Of a stretch of DNA of 64,000 nt, positions 1 to 8,623 are shown one piece after another. The notes beneath the pieces are model-generated. The model was not told the origin of the DNA and searched no databases. It was given only the letters and a program-made list of their open reading frames with translations. The stretch is from Candidatus Omnitrophota bacterium (GTDB lineage Bacteria > Omnitrophota > Gorgyraeia > 2-01-FULL-45-10): contig JBAZKH010000006.1 in the NCBI GenBank assembly GCA_041650935.1, forward strand, positions 29,505 through 93,504, in the 5' to 3' direction. How positions within the stretch are numbered: the first letter of the stretch is position 1; each line of letters starts with the position of its first letter. The translations under genes were made by a program, and so were the position numbers.

Positions 1-103
1 GGATGAAGTAACTTTTCCAGTTCTTATCGATTATGCGAAAAAAAATAATTTTAATTTAAGCACCAGAGAAATATAAGAATAGTTTTATTAGAAAGCTCAA
101 ACA

Positions 104-2311
104 ATGAATTTTTATGGATTAACTAATTTAATTGCTGCTATAACGAATACTGTTATTGGCCTTTTTATATTGATAAAGGGTTATAAGATTAGGCTGTGCA
201 AGATTTGGGGAATATTTACTTTATGTGTTGCACTATATGGGTGGGGTGCGTATAAGGCATCAGGGGCTGATAGTTATGAGTCAGCTTTTTTTTGGTGGCA
301 AGTATCATATGTAGGCGTTATTATGTTGCCTGCATTATTTGTAGATTTTGTATACAGATTTTTAGAAATCAAACGTTCCTCTTTAGTTAAGGTCGTTTAT
401 ATTTTATGTTTTCTAATTTTAGCCACAGATATATTAAGCAAATCTCTATTTATCGGGCATGTTAGCTTGAAGTTTAATAACTCAAAATGGTTTACTCCGG
501 CGTGGTGGGTATATCCTCCGGGTCCATTGCACATTTTCCACACGCTTGTTCTTTATTTTGGGGTGCTAACTTACTCGGTTATTAAGCTTATTCGTGCCTA
601 TAAAAACTCAAATTCCTTAAAGCAAATTCAGATCAGATATTTTGTTATTGCAATGATTTTAGGTTTTGCCGGAGGTGGTACTTCATATCTTCCTTGCCTT
701 AATATTAATGTTTATCCTTTATTCAATTTGACCGTTCCTATTTACACATTTATTATTGCCTACGCGATCATAAGACACCGCTTAATGGATATAGAAGTTA
801 TTATAAAGAAGACTCTTGTTTTTGCAGGTCTTTTTGCAGCAGCATTGACTGTGTTTATTTTGCCTCTCTTGCTTATTCAGGAATTTGTGTTATCGCGCAT
901 GAGCTTCGGTGGGAGAATTCTAAGCCTTAGCGTTAGTGCAGTTTTCATAATTCTTACACTAGAACCTCTCAAAAATTTTCTTATAAGAGTTACTGATAAA
1001 TATCTCTTTCAGAAAAAATACGATTATAACCAGACCATGACGCCTTATCTAGATAAGATAGTGACGGTGTCAAACCTTGAGGAAATCATCCCGGAGGGCG
1101 AGGAGATTTTGACGAAGACCCTGCATCCTGAAATCTCGGCTATTTTGTTATTAGATCAAGACAAAGATAAATATATCAAGTATAGCCCTAAAGGCGAAAA
1201 TAACGCTTTGGTTATTGCAAACAGTTCTCAGATCGTTGCTTATTTAAAGTCCGTAAAAAATATCTTATCTATTGAAAACGACAATGACAAGAAGATGAGC
1301 GAAGAGATAAAGCAGGAGATGCTTAGTCTTAAAGCCGCCTTAGCCATACCCCTGATGCTACGCGATGACCTGATAGGTATTATGGTTTTAGGCAAGAAGA
1401 AGTCTGATGAATATTATACGCACGATGATTTGAGTATACTTACGGGCTTGGCCCGTACGCAGGCTATCGCCATAAAGAACGCCCAGCTTACTAAGCAGAT
1501 TGCTCAAGCTAGCGAGAAAAAGGGTGTCGATAAGACCTCGATAGGCGCTGCTCATCAAATGAAAAATATTCTGGCCGAGATTAAAGTTGATACCGAAGCT
1601 ATGTACTTTGACGTTGCATATAGATATCCCAATCCAGATAATGTGACATTGGAACAGGCGAAATCTTTCATGATTTTCACAAAGGAGAAACTGGCAAAGG
1701 TATTAAGACAAACCGACAAAGGAACTGGCGCTCTTGACGCAATTCTATATCCGGCCAGAGCAAGGGATGATTTCGCATTAGTCGACATTCCTTCGGTTAT
1801 AAAACAGGCTATAACATCGTCGTCCCAGATAAAATCGAAATCCTTCTTGCAAGAAAATATTCCTGCTCCCGTTGTGACGAATAGTATCCATGAAAACTTC
1901 CCCAAGATAGTGGGTAATGAAAAGCTATTGGAGCAGACCTTCCAAAACCTTATAAATAATTCCTTTGACGCCATTTTTGCTTTATATAAGCGTATGAAAC
2001 CAGAAGCTTCCTATCTAGGCAAAATAACTGCTACAGCTAAAGATGAAGGGGATAAAATAACTATTAGTATTGAAGATAATGGTCTTGGCATGGATGATGA
2101 GACAAAAGAAAAGTTATTTGGCGGATTCTATACCACAAAATCGGCCGGGAGGGCAGGCCATGGCGCCGGACTGTATATTATGCAAGATTGGATTAACCAG
2201 CACAAGGGCAGGATCTCGTTTAAAACAGAATGGGGTAAAGGCACCACTTTTACGATAGAACTTCCAAAAACACAGGAGGGTTTCAATGGCTCTAAAAATG
2301 GTAATACTTGA
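104..2311 (+). CDS. Sensor histidine kinase, N-terminal multi-TM (7TM-like) sensor, GAF-like middle, C-terminal HisKA/HATPase_c
   Basis: N-terminus has hydrophobic helices in series. H-box-like AAHQMKN. C-terminal GLGMDDETKEKLFGGFYTTK...GAGLYIM...GTTFTIELP is a typical HATPase_c G1/G2 region. The stop overlaps the downstream receiver gene. Confidence 0.8.
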   Translation: MNFYGLTNLIAAITNTVIGLFILIKGYKIRLCKIWGIFTLCVALYGWGAYKASGADSYESAFFWWQVSYVGVIMLPALFVDFVYRFLEIKRSSLVKVVYILCFLILATDILSKSLFIGHVSLKFNNSKWFTPAWWVYPPGPLHIFHTLVLYFGVLTYSVIKLIRAYKNSNSLKQIQIRYFVIAMILGFAGGGTSYLPCLNINVYPLFNLTVPIYTFIIAYAIIRHRLMDIEVIIKKTLVFAGLFAAALTVFILPLLLIQEFVLSRMSFGGRILSLSVSAVFIILTLEPLKNFLIRVTDKYLFQKKYDYNQTMTPYLDKIVTVSNLEEIIPEGEEILTKTLHPEISAILLLDQDKDKYIKYSPKGENNALVIANSSQIVAYLKSVKNILSIENDNDKKMSEEIKQEMLSLKAALAIPLMLRDDLIGIMVLGKKKSDEYYTHDDLSILTGLARTQAIAIKNAQLTKQIAQASEKKGVDKTSIGAAHQMKNILAEIKVDTEAMYFDVAYRYPNPDNVTLEQAKSFMIFTKEKLAKVLRQTDKGTGALDAILYPARARDDFALVDIPSVIKQAITSSSQIKSKSFLQENIPAPVVTNSIHENFPKIVGNEKLLEQTFQNLINNSFDAIFALYKRMKPEASYLGKITATAKDEGDKITISIEDNGLGMDDETKEKLFGGFYTTKSAGRAGHGAGLYIMQDWINQHKGRISFKTEWGKGTTFTIELPKTQEGFNGSKNGNT

Positions 2312-2663
2312 AGATGAGGTCGGGTTGCGTGATAGCTTAAGAGATTTTTTTAAATCCGTCGGCCACACAGTATTCGCAACGGCAAGGGGTGACGAAGCTT
2401 TAGTAATGGTGGAGAAAGAATCACCGCATGTCATATTATGCGATCTACATCTGGAGGGTTCTCCAATAACGGGCATAGAAGTTTTAAAGCAGACGAGTCA
2501 GAAGCACCCGAACACTAAGGTCATAATTATGACTGGTTACGGCAAAGAAGAAGGCATAGTGAACGTCTGCAATCAATACAATCCTTATATGTTTTTGGGA
2601 AAGCCCGTAAGCATTATTAAGATTCAGGAGGCGTTGTCGGAAATAGAAAAGAATCTAAAATAA
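2286..2663 (+). CDS. Response regulator, receiver domain only (CheY-like)
   Basis: MVILEDEVGLRDSL...VILCDLHLEG...KVIIMTGYG matches the receiver fold with a phospho-acceptor Asp. It overlaps the upstream kinase gene, so the two are translationally coupled. Confidence 0.8.
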   Translation: MALKMVILEDEVGLRDSLRDFFKSVGHTVFATARGDEALVMVEKESPHVILCDLHLEGSPITGIEVLKQTSQKHPNTKVIIMTGYGKEEGIVNVCNQYNPYMFLGKPVSIIKIQEALSEIEKNLK

Positions 2664-2677
2664 AAAAGGGGATATCT

Positions 2678-2932
2678 ATGTGCAAAAACATAAATGAGGC
2701 GATGTCTATAGGTGTATCTCATCAACTGAAAAATAGCAGGGTCTGTATACAAGTAGATTTAGATATGCTTAAGCATCGTGTTGAGTGCTTACGCAATACT
2801 CCTTTGAAGGAGCACTATGAGGAAATTCAAAAAGACATCGATAAAATAGAAAAAGGGATATTGCTTATGGGGCAAACATTTAAAGCGCTTATGGGCCTGT
2901 CTATTGAGGATACAGGTAAACATGATAAATGA
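2678..2932 (+). CDS. Small hypothetical protein with H-box-like motif (SHQLKN), possible phosphotransfer/HisKA-like fragment
   Basis: GVSHQLKNSRVCIQVDLDML resembles the H-box AAHQMKNILAEIKVD of the upstream kinase. Confidence 0.3.
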   Translation: MCKNINEAMSIGVSHQLKNSRVCIQVDLDMLKHRVECLRNTPLKEHYEEIQKDIDKIEKGILLMGQTFKALMGLSIEDTGKHDK

Positions 2933-3380
2933 GAAACTTCATGTGTTGTTTCATGATCTAACGGGCGCAATAGGAGGCATTAATACTTTGTCGCAGATAT
3001 GCGCTGCATATATTACACAATTTAATCTTGAAAAACTAGAAGGGAAATTTAAAAACGAAATAACAAAGAACTTGAAGAATCTCTTGGCTTATCGCAAATC
3101 CGTTGGCGAAAAATTCAACCTCGTGATGGATACCTTGATTGAAATTGGCGAGCGAGACATCGCCGTAGCGCTGCAGAAGGATGTTTTGCAGGAAGTTGAA
3201 AAAATAAAGGACTTGGAAGCGGGAACCGACCTGCTATATAGCAGGCTTTTAAAAGATGATACCAAGGATAATTTATACTGTTTTTCTAAGGAGGTATCCG
3301 AATTTAAGACGGTATGCGATTCTATGATGAAAATCATAACAGACTGTAGGAATAAGCTTACCGTTTTAGGAAAATATTAG
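2904..3380 (+). CDS. Hypothetical protein with H-box-like motif (LFHDLTGAIGG)
   Basis: FHDLTGAIGGIN resembles the HisKA H-box (HELRTPL type). It overlaps the previous ORF. Confidence 0.3.
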   Translation: MRIQVNMINEKLHVLFHDLTGAIGGINTLSQICAAYITQFNLEKLEGKFKNEITKNLKNLLAYRKSVGEKFNLVMDTLIEIGERDIAVALQKDVLQEVEKIKDLEAGTDLLYSRLLKDDTKDNLYCFSKEVSEFKTVCDSMMKIITDCRNKLTVLGKY

Positions 3381-3445
3381 GGGAGGGGGCTTATATCTAT
3401 GTTTACAAAAGGAAAAGATAGTAAAGACAGTAGTCGCACAATTGG

Positions 3446-4102
3446 TTGTCAAATAAGATTATGGCAAAATCACTATTAGATAATAAAAAGAAAAAACGGA
3501 TAGGGTTGTTCCAGCTCTGGAACGAAATATTCATTGCTAGGAAGCTTGTTCGCGAGATAGAAGAAACAAAGCAAGAAATGGGGAAGAACTTCATGGCTCT
3601 TAAAGGACTTTCCGATCCTGTCGCGCGGTTGAAATGCTTGGAGGAAGCAGAAAAGGCTTTTAACAAAGGGAAGGCCTTGATGTATGAAATGAAAGACCGA
3701 CAAGTGCGCCTCCCTAACTATAAGGGACAAGAAGATCCAGCCTTAGAGTCAGAGCTTGAAGACTGGGGTGCATATATTTCTGGGCTTCGAATAATAAACA
3801 AGATCGCGGTTGAAGGGTATCTTCATGGAGACGCAATCGAGAAGTGGTCAGAGCTTCTTACCTGGTTTGGTTTTGACAATCCAAAGGTCGCAATGTCATT
3901 TACAATGAGAAAGCTTTGGAAAATAATTATTATAAGAGATCCTATATGCCGTCAGCTAGATGACCTGCCGCCTCTTATAATAAAAAGGCAACATGCGATA
4001 AGAAGAATATTACAACAGATGGGAGGCAAGTTCTATTATAAGGCTTCGCCTTCCTTTGGCGGAACAATAGTAACAGTTATGATACCTACTAATGAGGGAT
4101 AG
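3446..4102 (+). CDS. Hypothetical protein with degenerate GHKL/HATPase_c-like C-terminus
   Basis: The C-terminal QQMGGKFYYKASPSFGGTIVTVMIP parallels the G2-box/terminal strand of the two full kinases (GTTFTIELP, GTTFTLVF). Confidence 0.35.
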   Translation: MSNKIMAKSLLDNKKKKRIGLFQLWNEIFIARKLVREIEETKQEMGKNFMALKGLSDPVARLKCLEEAEKAFNKGKALMYEMKDRQVRLPNYKGQEDPALESELEDWGAYISGLRIINKIAVEGYLHGDAIEKWSELLTWFGFDNPKVAMSFTMRKLWKIIIIRDPICRQLDDLPPLIIKRQHAIRRILQQMGGKFYYKASPSFGGTIVTVMIPTNEG

Positions 4103-4125
4103 GTTATAGTCTACGGAAATATTGT

Positions 4126-4476
4126 ATGGAAAAGAAACCAAAAAAGTTTGTAAGTGCCGATGATCTTGAATGGCGCGAACTTAATCGCCGAGTAGGATCG
4201 TGTTCTAGGAAGGGCGATTGGCTGGGTGTAAGGTTGGCTTATGAAGACATGATTAAAATTTACAAACGTGAAAGCCAGGACTACTCGCATATAACAGAAT
4301 CCATAGAAAAAATAAATCAGAAAGCAAAGGAAGAAGCTAAATTTAAGAATATAAGCTGTCTTGTTATGCTGTTTATCTTCTGGTTTATCGGTTATTTTCT
4401 TATCTGGAAACCTATAGCATATATGGCAAAATCCTCTTCAACCCCTAATAAGTCCGATACTTCACATCGTCATTAG
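4126..4476 (+). CDS. Hypothetical membrane-anchored protein
   Basis: One predicted TM helix (LVMLFIFWFIGYFLIW) after a charged N-terminal domain. Confidence 0.3.
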   Translation: MEKKPKKFVSADDLEWRELNRRVGSCSRKGDWLGVRLAYEDMIKIYKRESQDYSHITESIEKINQKAKEEAKFKNISCLVMLFIFWFIGYFLIWKPIAYMAKSSSTPNKSDTSHRH

Positions 4477-4523
4477 CTGCAATAACGTCCGACTTAATTT
4501 TACAAGCCAAAATGGCATAGTTG

Positions 4524-4532
4524 TGATATAAT
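4524..4532 (+). promoter_or_regulatory. Extended -10 promoter element TGaTATAAT upstream of the 4571 ORF
   Basis: TGATATAAT at 4524-4532. A TTTACA -35-like hexamer at 4499-4504 sits at non-optimal 22-nt spacing. Confidence 0.35.
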
Positions 4533-4570
4533 CCGTATCCCTTGTTTTTCATCTATGCTCTGCCGCAATT

Positions 4571-4933
4571 ATGCCTAAATTAAAGAGTGTTAGAAATGTA
4601 ATCATTTTAGTCATGCTCGGCATCTGGACGCTGATTTTGGCGACGCCTTTTTCCGAAATCTTGGGTATTGTTCCGGACGGTTCAAGGGAAAGCGAGCAGG
4701 TCTTAGATGAGCTTATGTCGACGCCTTTCGACATAGCCGAGAAAACATTAAAAGAGTATTCCTGTGGGGTACAATTAAAATCTTCGCTTCAAAATACATG
4801 CGCTTTTTCGCAAACCCACAATTTCAATAACGAATCAATATCATGCAGCGCTGAATCGAAACCATTCCGCGAGAATTCAGTGTTTCGCGTCATGCCCAAG
4901 CTTTTTCAGTTATTCTCTGTTTACCGCTTTTGA
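4571..4933 (+). CDS. Hypothetical protein with N-terminal signal-anchor
   Basis: Hydrophobic N-terminus VIILVMLGIWTLILA. No recognisable domain. Confidence 0.3.
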   Translation: MPKLKSVRNVIILVMLGIWTLILATPFSEILGIVPDGSRESEQVLDELMSTPFDIAEKTLKEYSCGVQLKSSLQNTCAFSQTHNFNNESISCSAESKPFRENSVFRVMPKLFQLFSVYRF

Positions 4934-5295
4934 TTCTCTTCTTTTCAGAAACTCTCTAACCGTTAAGAAATTATTTTCTTTATCAATCCGTTAGTTTAAT
5001 TTTAAGACGGCTCTTATAAAGAACCCTTTGTCCTTACTTACAGAGGGCTTGCCGTAATAAAACATAATCCCATTTTACATAGCGGAATCCTTTATTGATG
5101 AGAGGATTCCGTTTTTCTATCTGTATCGGTTCAGAAAGGAGCCTGTGGTATATGGAGAACTGTCTTTTTAAATATCGTAGATCCTGTTCTCCTTTCACCA
5201 TACAGATTTCTTCAAAGTATCTGGCTCGTTCCTTGTACAAACCTCCGTGAAAAGATTCCCGATATGATTTCGATGTAAAGTGTTAACTCAAATGT

Positions 5296-5898
5296 TTGGC
5301 TCAAGGACCCTCTGATGCGAAAGGCGATTACCGCCGAGCTTGGCCGTTCGGGAATCTTTTCGAGGAGTGGGAAGTTGCGACAGCCAGAAGTCTTGTCGGC
5401 GAGTTCTGCGGCAAATGGAGCCTGTTAAAACGAGAAGGGTTTGAGGATTTATTACAAGAATGTCTCACGCACTGGTATTTCGCGAAAGACAAGTACGATC
5501 CAAAAGACAAAGCGTCAATGAAGACATTCATGCGGCGAGTCACAAGGAACAAGCTCGCTGACATTGTTAAAAGAATATACAGCGAGAAGAGAAAAGCCCT
5601 GCACGAAGCGGTCCCCCTCGATGAGTCCATTTTAACTGACAAGGAAGAAAGCGATCTTAGTGTCGAAAGCGACGCTTTGAAAAATATCTCATCCACCGAT
5701 TTAAACGCATCCCTCCGAAAAGCATTTCAAAAATTATCCCCGAAACAAAAGAAACTCTGCAAGCTTCTTTACGAAGAAGGCCTGAATATCAACGAGGCGA
5801 GCAAGTATTTTAAGACGCATCGAAGGACTGTCTACAAAGAAGTCGCTCGTATTCGGGAAATCTTCGAAAAAGAAGGCCTCAGGGATTACCTCAAATAA
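5296..5898 (+). CDS. Sigma-70 family (ECF-like) sigma factor, probably prophage-encoded
   Basis: Region-2-like DLLQECLTHWYFAKDKYDPKDKASMKTFMRRVTRNKLADIVK and region-4-like LSPKQKKLCKLLYEEGLNINEASKYFKTHRRTVYKEVARIREIFEK (HTH). The true start may be internal. Confidence 0.5.
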   Translation: MAQGPSDAKGDYRRAWPFGNLFEEWEVATARSLVGEFCGKWSLLKREGFEDLLQECLTHWYFAKDKYDPKDKASMKTFMRRVTRNKLADIVKRIYSEKRKALHEAVPLDESILTDKEESDLSVESDALKNISSTDLNASLRKAFQKLSPKQKKLCKLLYEEGLNINEASKYFKTHRRTVYKEVARIREIFEKEGLRDYLK

Positions 5899-5933
5899 TT
5901 TATTTTCAAAAAATCGGGCACAAATTCCAAAGG

Positions 5934-6236
5934 GTGTCGTATATGTATGATGGAGGCAAAATAGCAATGGCTTGTGCTCTAAAATTCAAGTTCAAAAAAG
6001 GCATCACCAAAAAACTGATCGAAAGTCAAATTGCGATCGCTGTTGTCACGGCTGAGTGCATGTTCGGCCAGGCGAAGGTTCGTCTTAACGCGGGCTATGT
6101 CGTATCGAAGAACAGGGCCGTGATCGATGTATCGAATAAGGTGGGCGAGTACATCGCGCAAGTTTTTACCGGGCTTATAACGCGCCAGATCGGCGAAGAT
6201 AAATTTACCGTTGATAGAGTGAAGACTAAGGGTTGA
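5934..6236 (+). CDS. Hypothetical protein
   Basis: An ORF only. A competing minus-strand ORF at 5979-6368 overlaps it, so which strand is real is uncertain. Confidence 0.2.
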   Translation: MSYMYDGGKIAMACALKFKFKKGITKKLIESQIAIAVVTAECMFGQAKVRLNAGYVVSKNRAVIDVSNKVGEYIAQVFTGLITRQIGEDKFTVDRVKTKG

Positions 6237-6352
6237 GTTATGAAAGTCATAAAGAGCTTGAAAAAAGTCTACAAGAACATGCACCCCTATTACCGCAGCA
6301 GGATGTTGAGAGCCAACTGTAAAATTCCTAAAAGAAAGAGCAAAAAGAATGT

Positions 6353-7272
6353 ATGAAATTCCTATCACTTTGTTCCGGTTGCGGAGGCATGGATCTCGGT
6401 ATAGAAAAGGCGGGCTTTAGATGCGTGGGCCAAGTAGAAATAATGCCGTATGCTTTAAAAGTCTTGAAGAAGAACTGGCCAAGCGTTCCAAAACATACGG
6501 ACGTCTTGACCTTATTGCGTTCGGCTTCCCTTGTCAGGATATATCGAACGCGAACCCGAAAGGAAAGGGTCTTAAGGGCGAGAAGAGCAATATCTTCTTC
6601 GAGTGTATGCGTGTTACGAGACTACTTGTGCCTACTTGGTTACTCATTGAAAACGTACCCCGACTCCTTTCAATTAACGAGGGCCGGGACTTTGCGCTTG
6701 TCCTCGAAAACCTTTCCAAAAGCGGGTACGGGTATTCATGGAGAGTTCTGGACAGTCAATACTTCGGAGTGGCCCAACGCCGCAAACGTCTCTTCATTGT
6801 CGGACGTTTTGGAGGAGCGTGTCCACCCGAAATATTATTTGAGCAGGCGTGCGGTCGCCGGCATGATCCAGCGCTCGAAGAAATGGGGCCGAGGGGGCTA
6901 TGTATTTCTACTAAGTGCGGGGACGGGCAGGACCCGACGGCTGAGACGTTTATCGCTTCAACGATTCGAGTCAATCGTGACGGGCAGGGAAGCCCTTTCA
7001 ACTTCGGGGGAGAGAATATCGTCGCGCATACGATCGGCGCGGGACAGCGAGGAAACGCTACCTTTATATGGCAAGACACTCATATTGCGCAAGCTAACTC
7101 CCACGGAAAAAGAAGCTCTGCAAGGGCTACCAAAGGATTGGACGCTCGCAGAGGAATCTTAATCGGTAATGCCGTAACTGTTCAGGTGGCAGAATGGATC
7201 GCAAAAAGGATCTATGACTACGAGAGAAAGAACGGGCTTATTAATGCAAGGGTTTCAGTATCTGGAGAATAA
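6353..7272 (+). pseudogene. DNA (cytosine-5) methyltransferase (Dcm family) disrupted by at least three frameshifts
   Basis: All canonical C5-MTase motifs are present but split over two reading frames.
- Motif I LCSGCGGMDLG lies in frame A (6353-).
- Motifs IV FGFPCQDIS, VI LIENVPRLL and VIII QRRKRLFIVG lie in frame B (6421-).
- Motif IX RKLTPTEKEALQGLPKDW is back in frame A (about 7084-7150).
- Motif X GNAVTVQVAEWIAKRI is again in frame B (7165-).
Frame switches fall near 6490-6510, about 7083 and about 7155. Confidence 0.65.
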
Positions 7273-7666
7273 CTTCTTTAACCTGTGTAAGACTCGCAAT
7301 ATTTATAAGATTTCGCAACTACTTCTTATCTATCTTCGAGGTCTTTATTATTATTTCGGGAAGCCCGCTTTTTACTGGAAGGATGAGCGCGTTATGCAGC
7401 ATCTAGGCATATCAAAGAATACGTTAAGGGACGCCCGTAATATCTTAAGAGAACGCGGCGCTATCGACTTTCAAACATTCTTAGGCAGAGGCAGGGCCGT
7501 TAAGTATCTTATCCTAAAGACTGAGCTTGCTCCTGAATTAAAAGGGTCAAAAATTAACCCTTTTGTGGATAACTCGAGAAAAGGGTCAGAATTTGAACGA
7601 AAAGGGTCAGATATTGACCCTTTAGGTCGTGCTCAAAAGGGTCAGAATTTGACCCCCAAGATATAA
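7214..7666 (+). CDS. HTH-domain protein, phage replication-initiator/organizer-like (HTH_36-like), iterons embedded in 3' end
   Basis: YLRGLYYYFGKPAFYWKDERVMQHLGISKNTLRDARNILRERGAIDF is a typical initiator-type winged HTH. The C-terminus is encoded by an iterated DNA repeat (KGS-x repeats). Real start possibly ATG 7244. Confidence 0.45.
   Translation: MTTRERTGLLMQGFQYLENNFFNLCKTRNIYKISQLLLIYLRGLYYYFGKPAFYWKDERVMQHLGISKNTLRDARNILRERGAIDFQTFLGRGRAVKYLILKTELAPELKGSKINPFVDNSRKGSEFERKGSDIDPLGRAQKGQNLTPKI
7541..7658 (+). repeat. Four iterons of AAAGGGTCA-N5-9-TGACCCTTT-like palindromes (putative replication origin / initiator binding array)
   Basis: Copy 1 at 7541-7564: AAAGGGTcaaaaattaACCCTTTT. 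Copy 2 at 7579-7596: AAAAGGGTCAGAATTTGA. Copy 3 at 7600-7623: AAAGGGTCAgatatTGACCCTTT, a perfect 9/5/9 palindrome. Copy 4 at 7636-7658: AAAAGGGTCAGAATTTGACCCCC. Confidence 0.6.
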
Positions 7667-7696
7667 GAGATATATATAACAGTAGAGTTATGGCTT

Positions 7697-8431
7697 GTGG
7701 ATAAGTCTATGGTTGAAGCTCAAACATTAAAAGCGTCAGTAAGGTTATCCCCAGAGTGGGAAGCGAAACTCGATAAGCTCTACGATCTAGGCGTAAGGCG
7801 GTTAAAAAGAGCGAGAAAAACCTTTTTTAGGAAATCGGATATTATCGTAACCGCATGGGACGCTCGATTATATCAGATCATCGAAAACGAACGGCGCAAA
7901 GTCTCGGGTAAAAATAGTCTTTGGGACAGGAAGCTTCGTAACCTAGTCGCAGGATGGAATATCTGGTATTACCAACTCTTGGGACATCCGCCGGTTTTGG
8001 TTAAGACGATTTATCGAAAACATAGCGATTGGCAATCGAGATTTTCTTATATGCTTAGGCGTTATTATCAAGAGCATAAACAGTATGGATGGGATAGAAA
8101 GTTCGATACGCTGCGAAAATGCTGGGCTGATACTGGAAAACAAATCAAAGGAGGAATAGGTTTTATGGACAAGACTATGCCGAATGAAAGGATAGGAATA
8201 ATCGAGTTAAGACAGATGCTTGTAAAGCAAGACCTTCGCTGCGCTCTGTCAGGAAGGGATCTTACTGCGTCCAACTGTTCTTTGGATCATATCGTGCCGC
8301 TGTCAAGAGGAGGCGTTCACACGAAAGAGAACGCACAACTCGTATGCGATGAGGTGAATAGAGCAAAGGGTATGATGACCGAGAGCGAGTTTATTGAGCT
8401 ATGCCAAGATGTTATCAAATGGAAAAAATAA
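7697..8431 (+). CDS. HNH endonuclease domain protein (phage, packaging-associated type)
   Basis: C-terminal LRCALSGRDLTASNCSLDHIVPLSRGGVHTKENAQLVCDEVNRAKG is an HNH motif (DH..N..N). Encoded upstream of the terminase genes. Confidence 0.7.
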   Translation: MDKSMVEAQTLKASVRLSPEWEAKLDKLYDLGVRRLKRARKTFFRKSDIIVTAWDARLYQIIENERRKVSGKNSLWDRKLRNLVAGWNIWYYQLLGHPPVLVKTIYRKHSDWQSRFSYMLRRYYQEHKQYGWDRKFDTLRKCWADTGKQIKGGIGFMDKTMPNERIGIIELRQMLVKQDLRCALSGRDLTASNCSLDHIVPLSRGGVHTKENAQLVCDEVNRAKGMMTESEFIELCQDVIKWKK

Positions 8432-8623
8432 ACAAGGGAGCGGGTCCTTACCGGCGCCCAGTGCGGGTCGGGCGAGGCGCGGCCTGTCAGTGATTACAGG
8501 ACAAAAAAACCGTGTCCGTGTCCCGACTTTTGAGGACCCCCGAGATCTCGTCACAAAAGGGGCAAAGAACCGCAATTAGCTGTGAATAAATGGGTTATGT
8601 CGGTAATTTAAGGAGAAAAGGGA

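Noticed and set aside
1555-1974. Minus-strand ORFs nested inside long plus-strand genes (this and similar examples: 12725-13111, 15034-15516, 40430-41131, 55923-56189)
   Set aside because: They fall entirely inside well-supported genes on the other strand with recognisable domains. No motif or RBS support, so they are treated as spurious.
5979-6368. Minus-strand 129-aa ORF overlapping the 5934-6236 plus-strand ORF
   Set aside because: Neither ORF has motifs. The orientation of all surrounding prophage genes favours the plus strand, so the minus ORF is not reported as a feature.
6353-7272. Two separate overlapping genes (6353-7162 and 6421-7272)
   Set aside because: Motif content shows they are two frames of one frameshifted C5-methyltransferase, not two genes.
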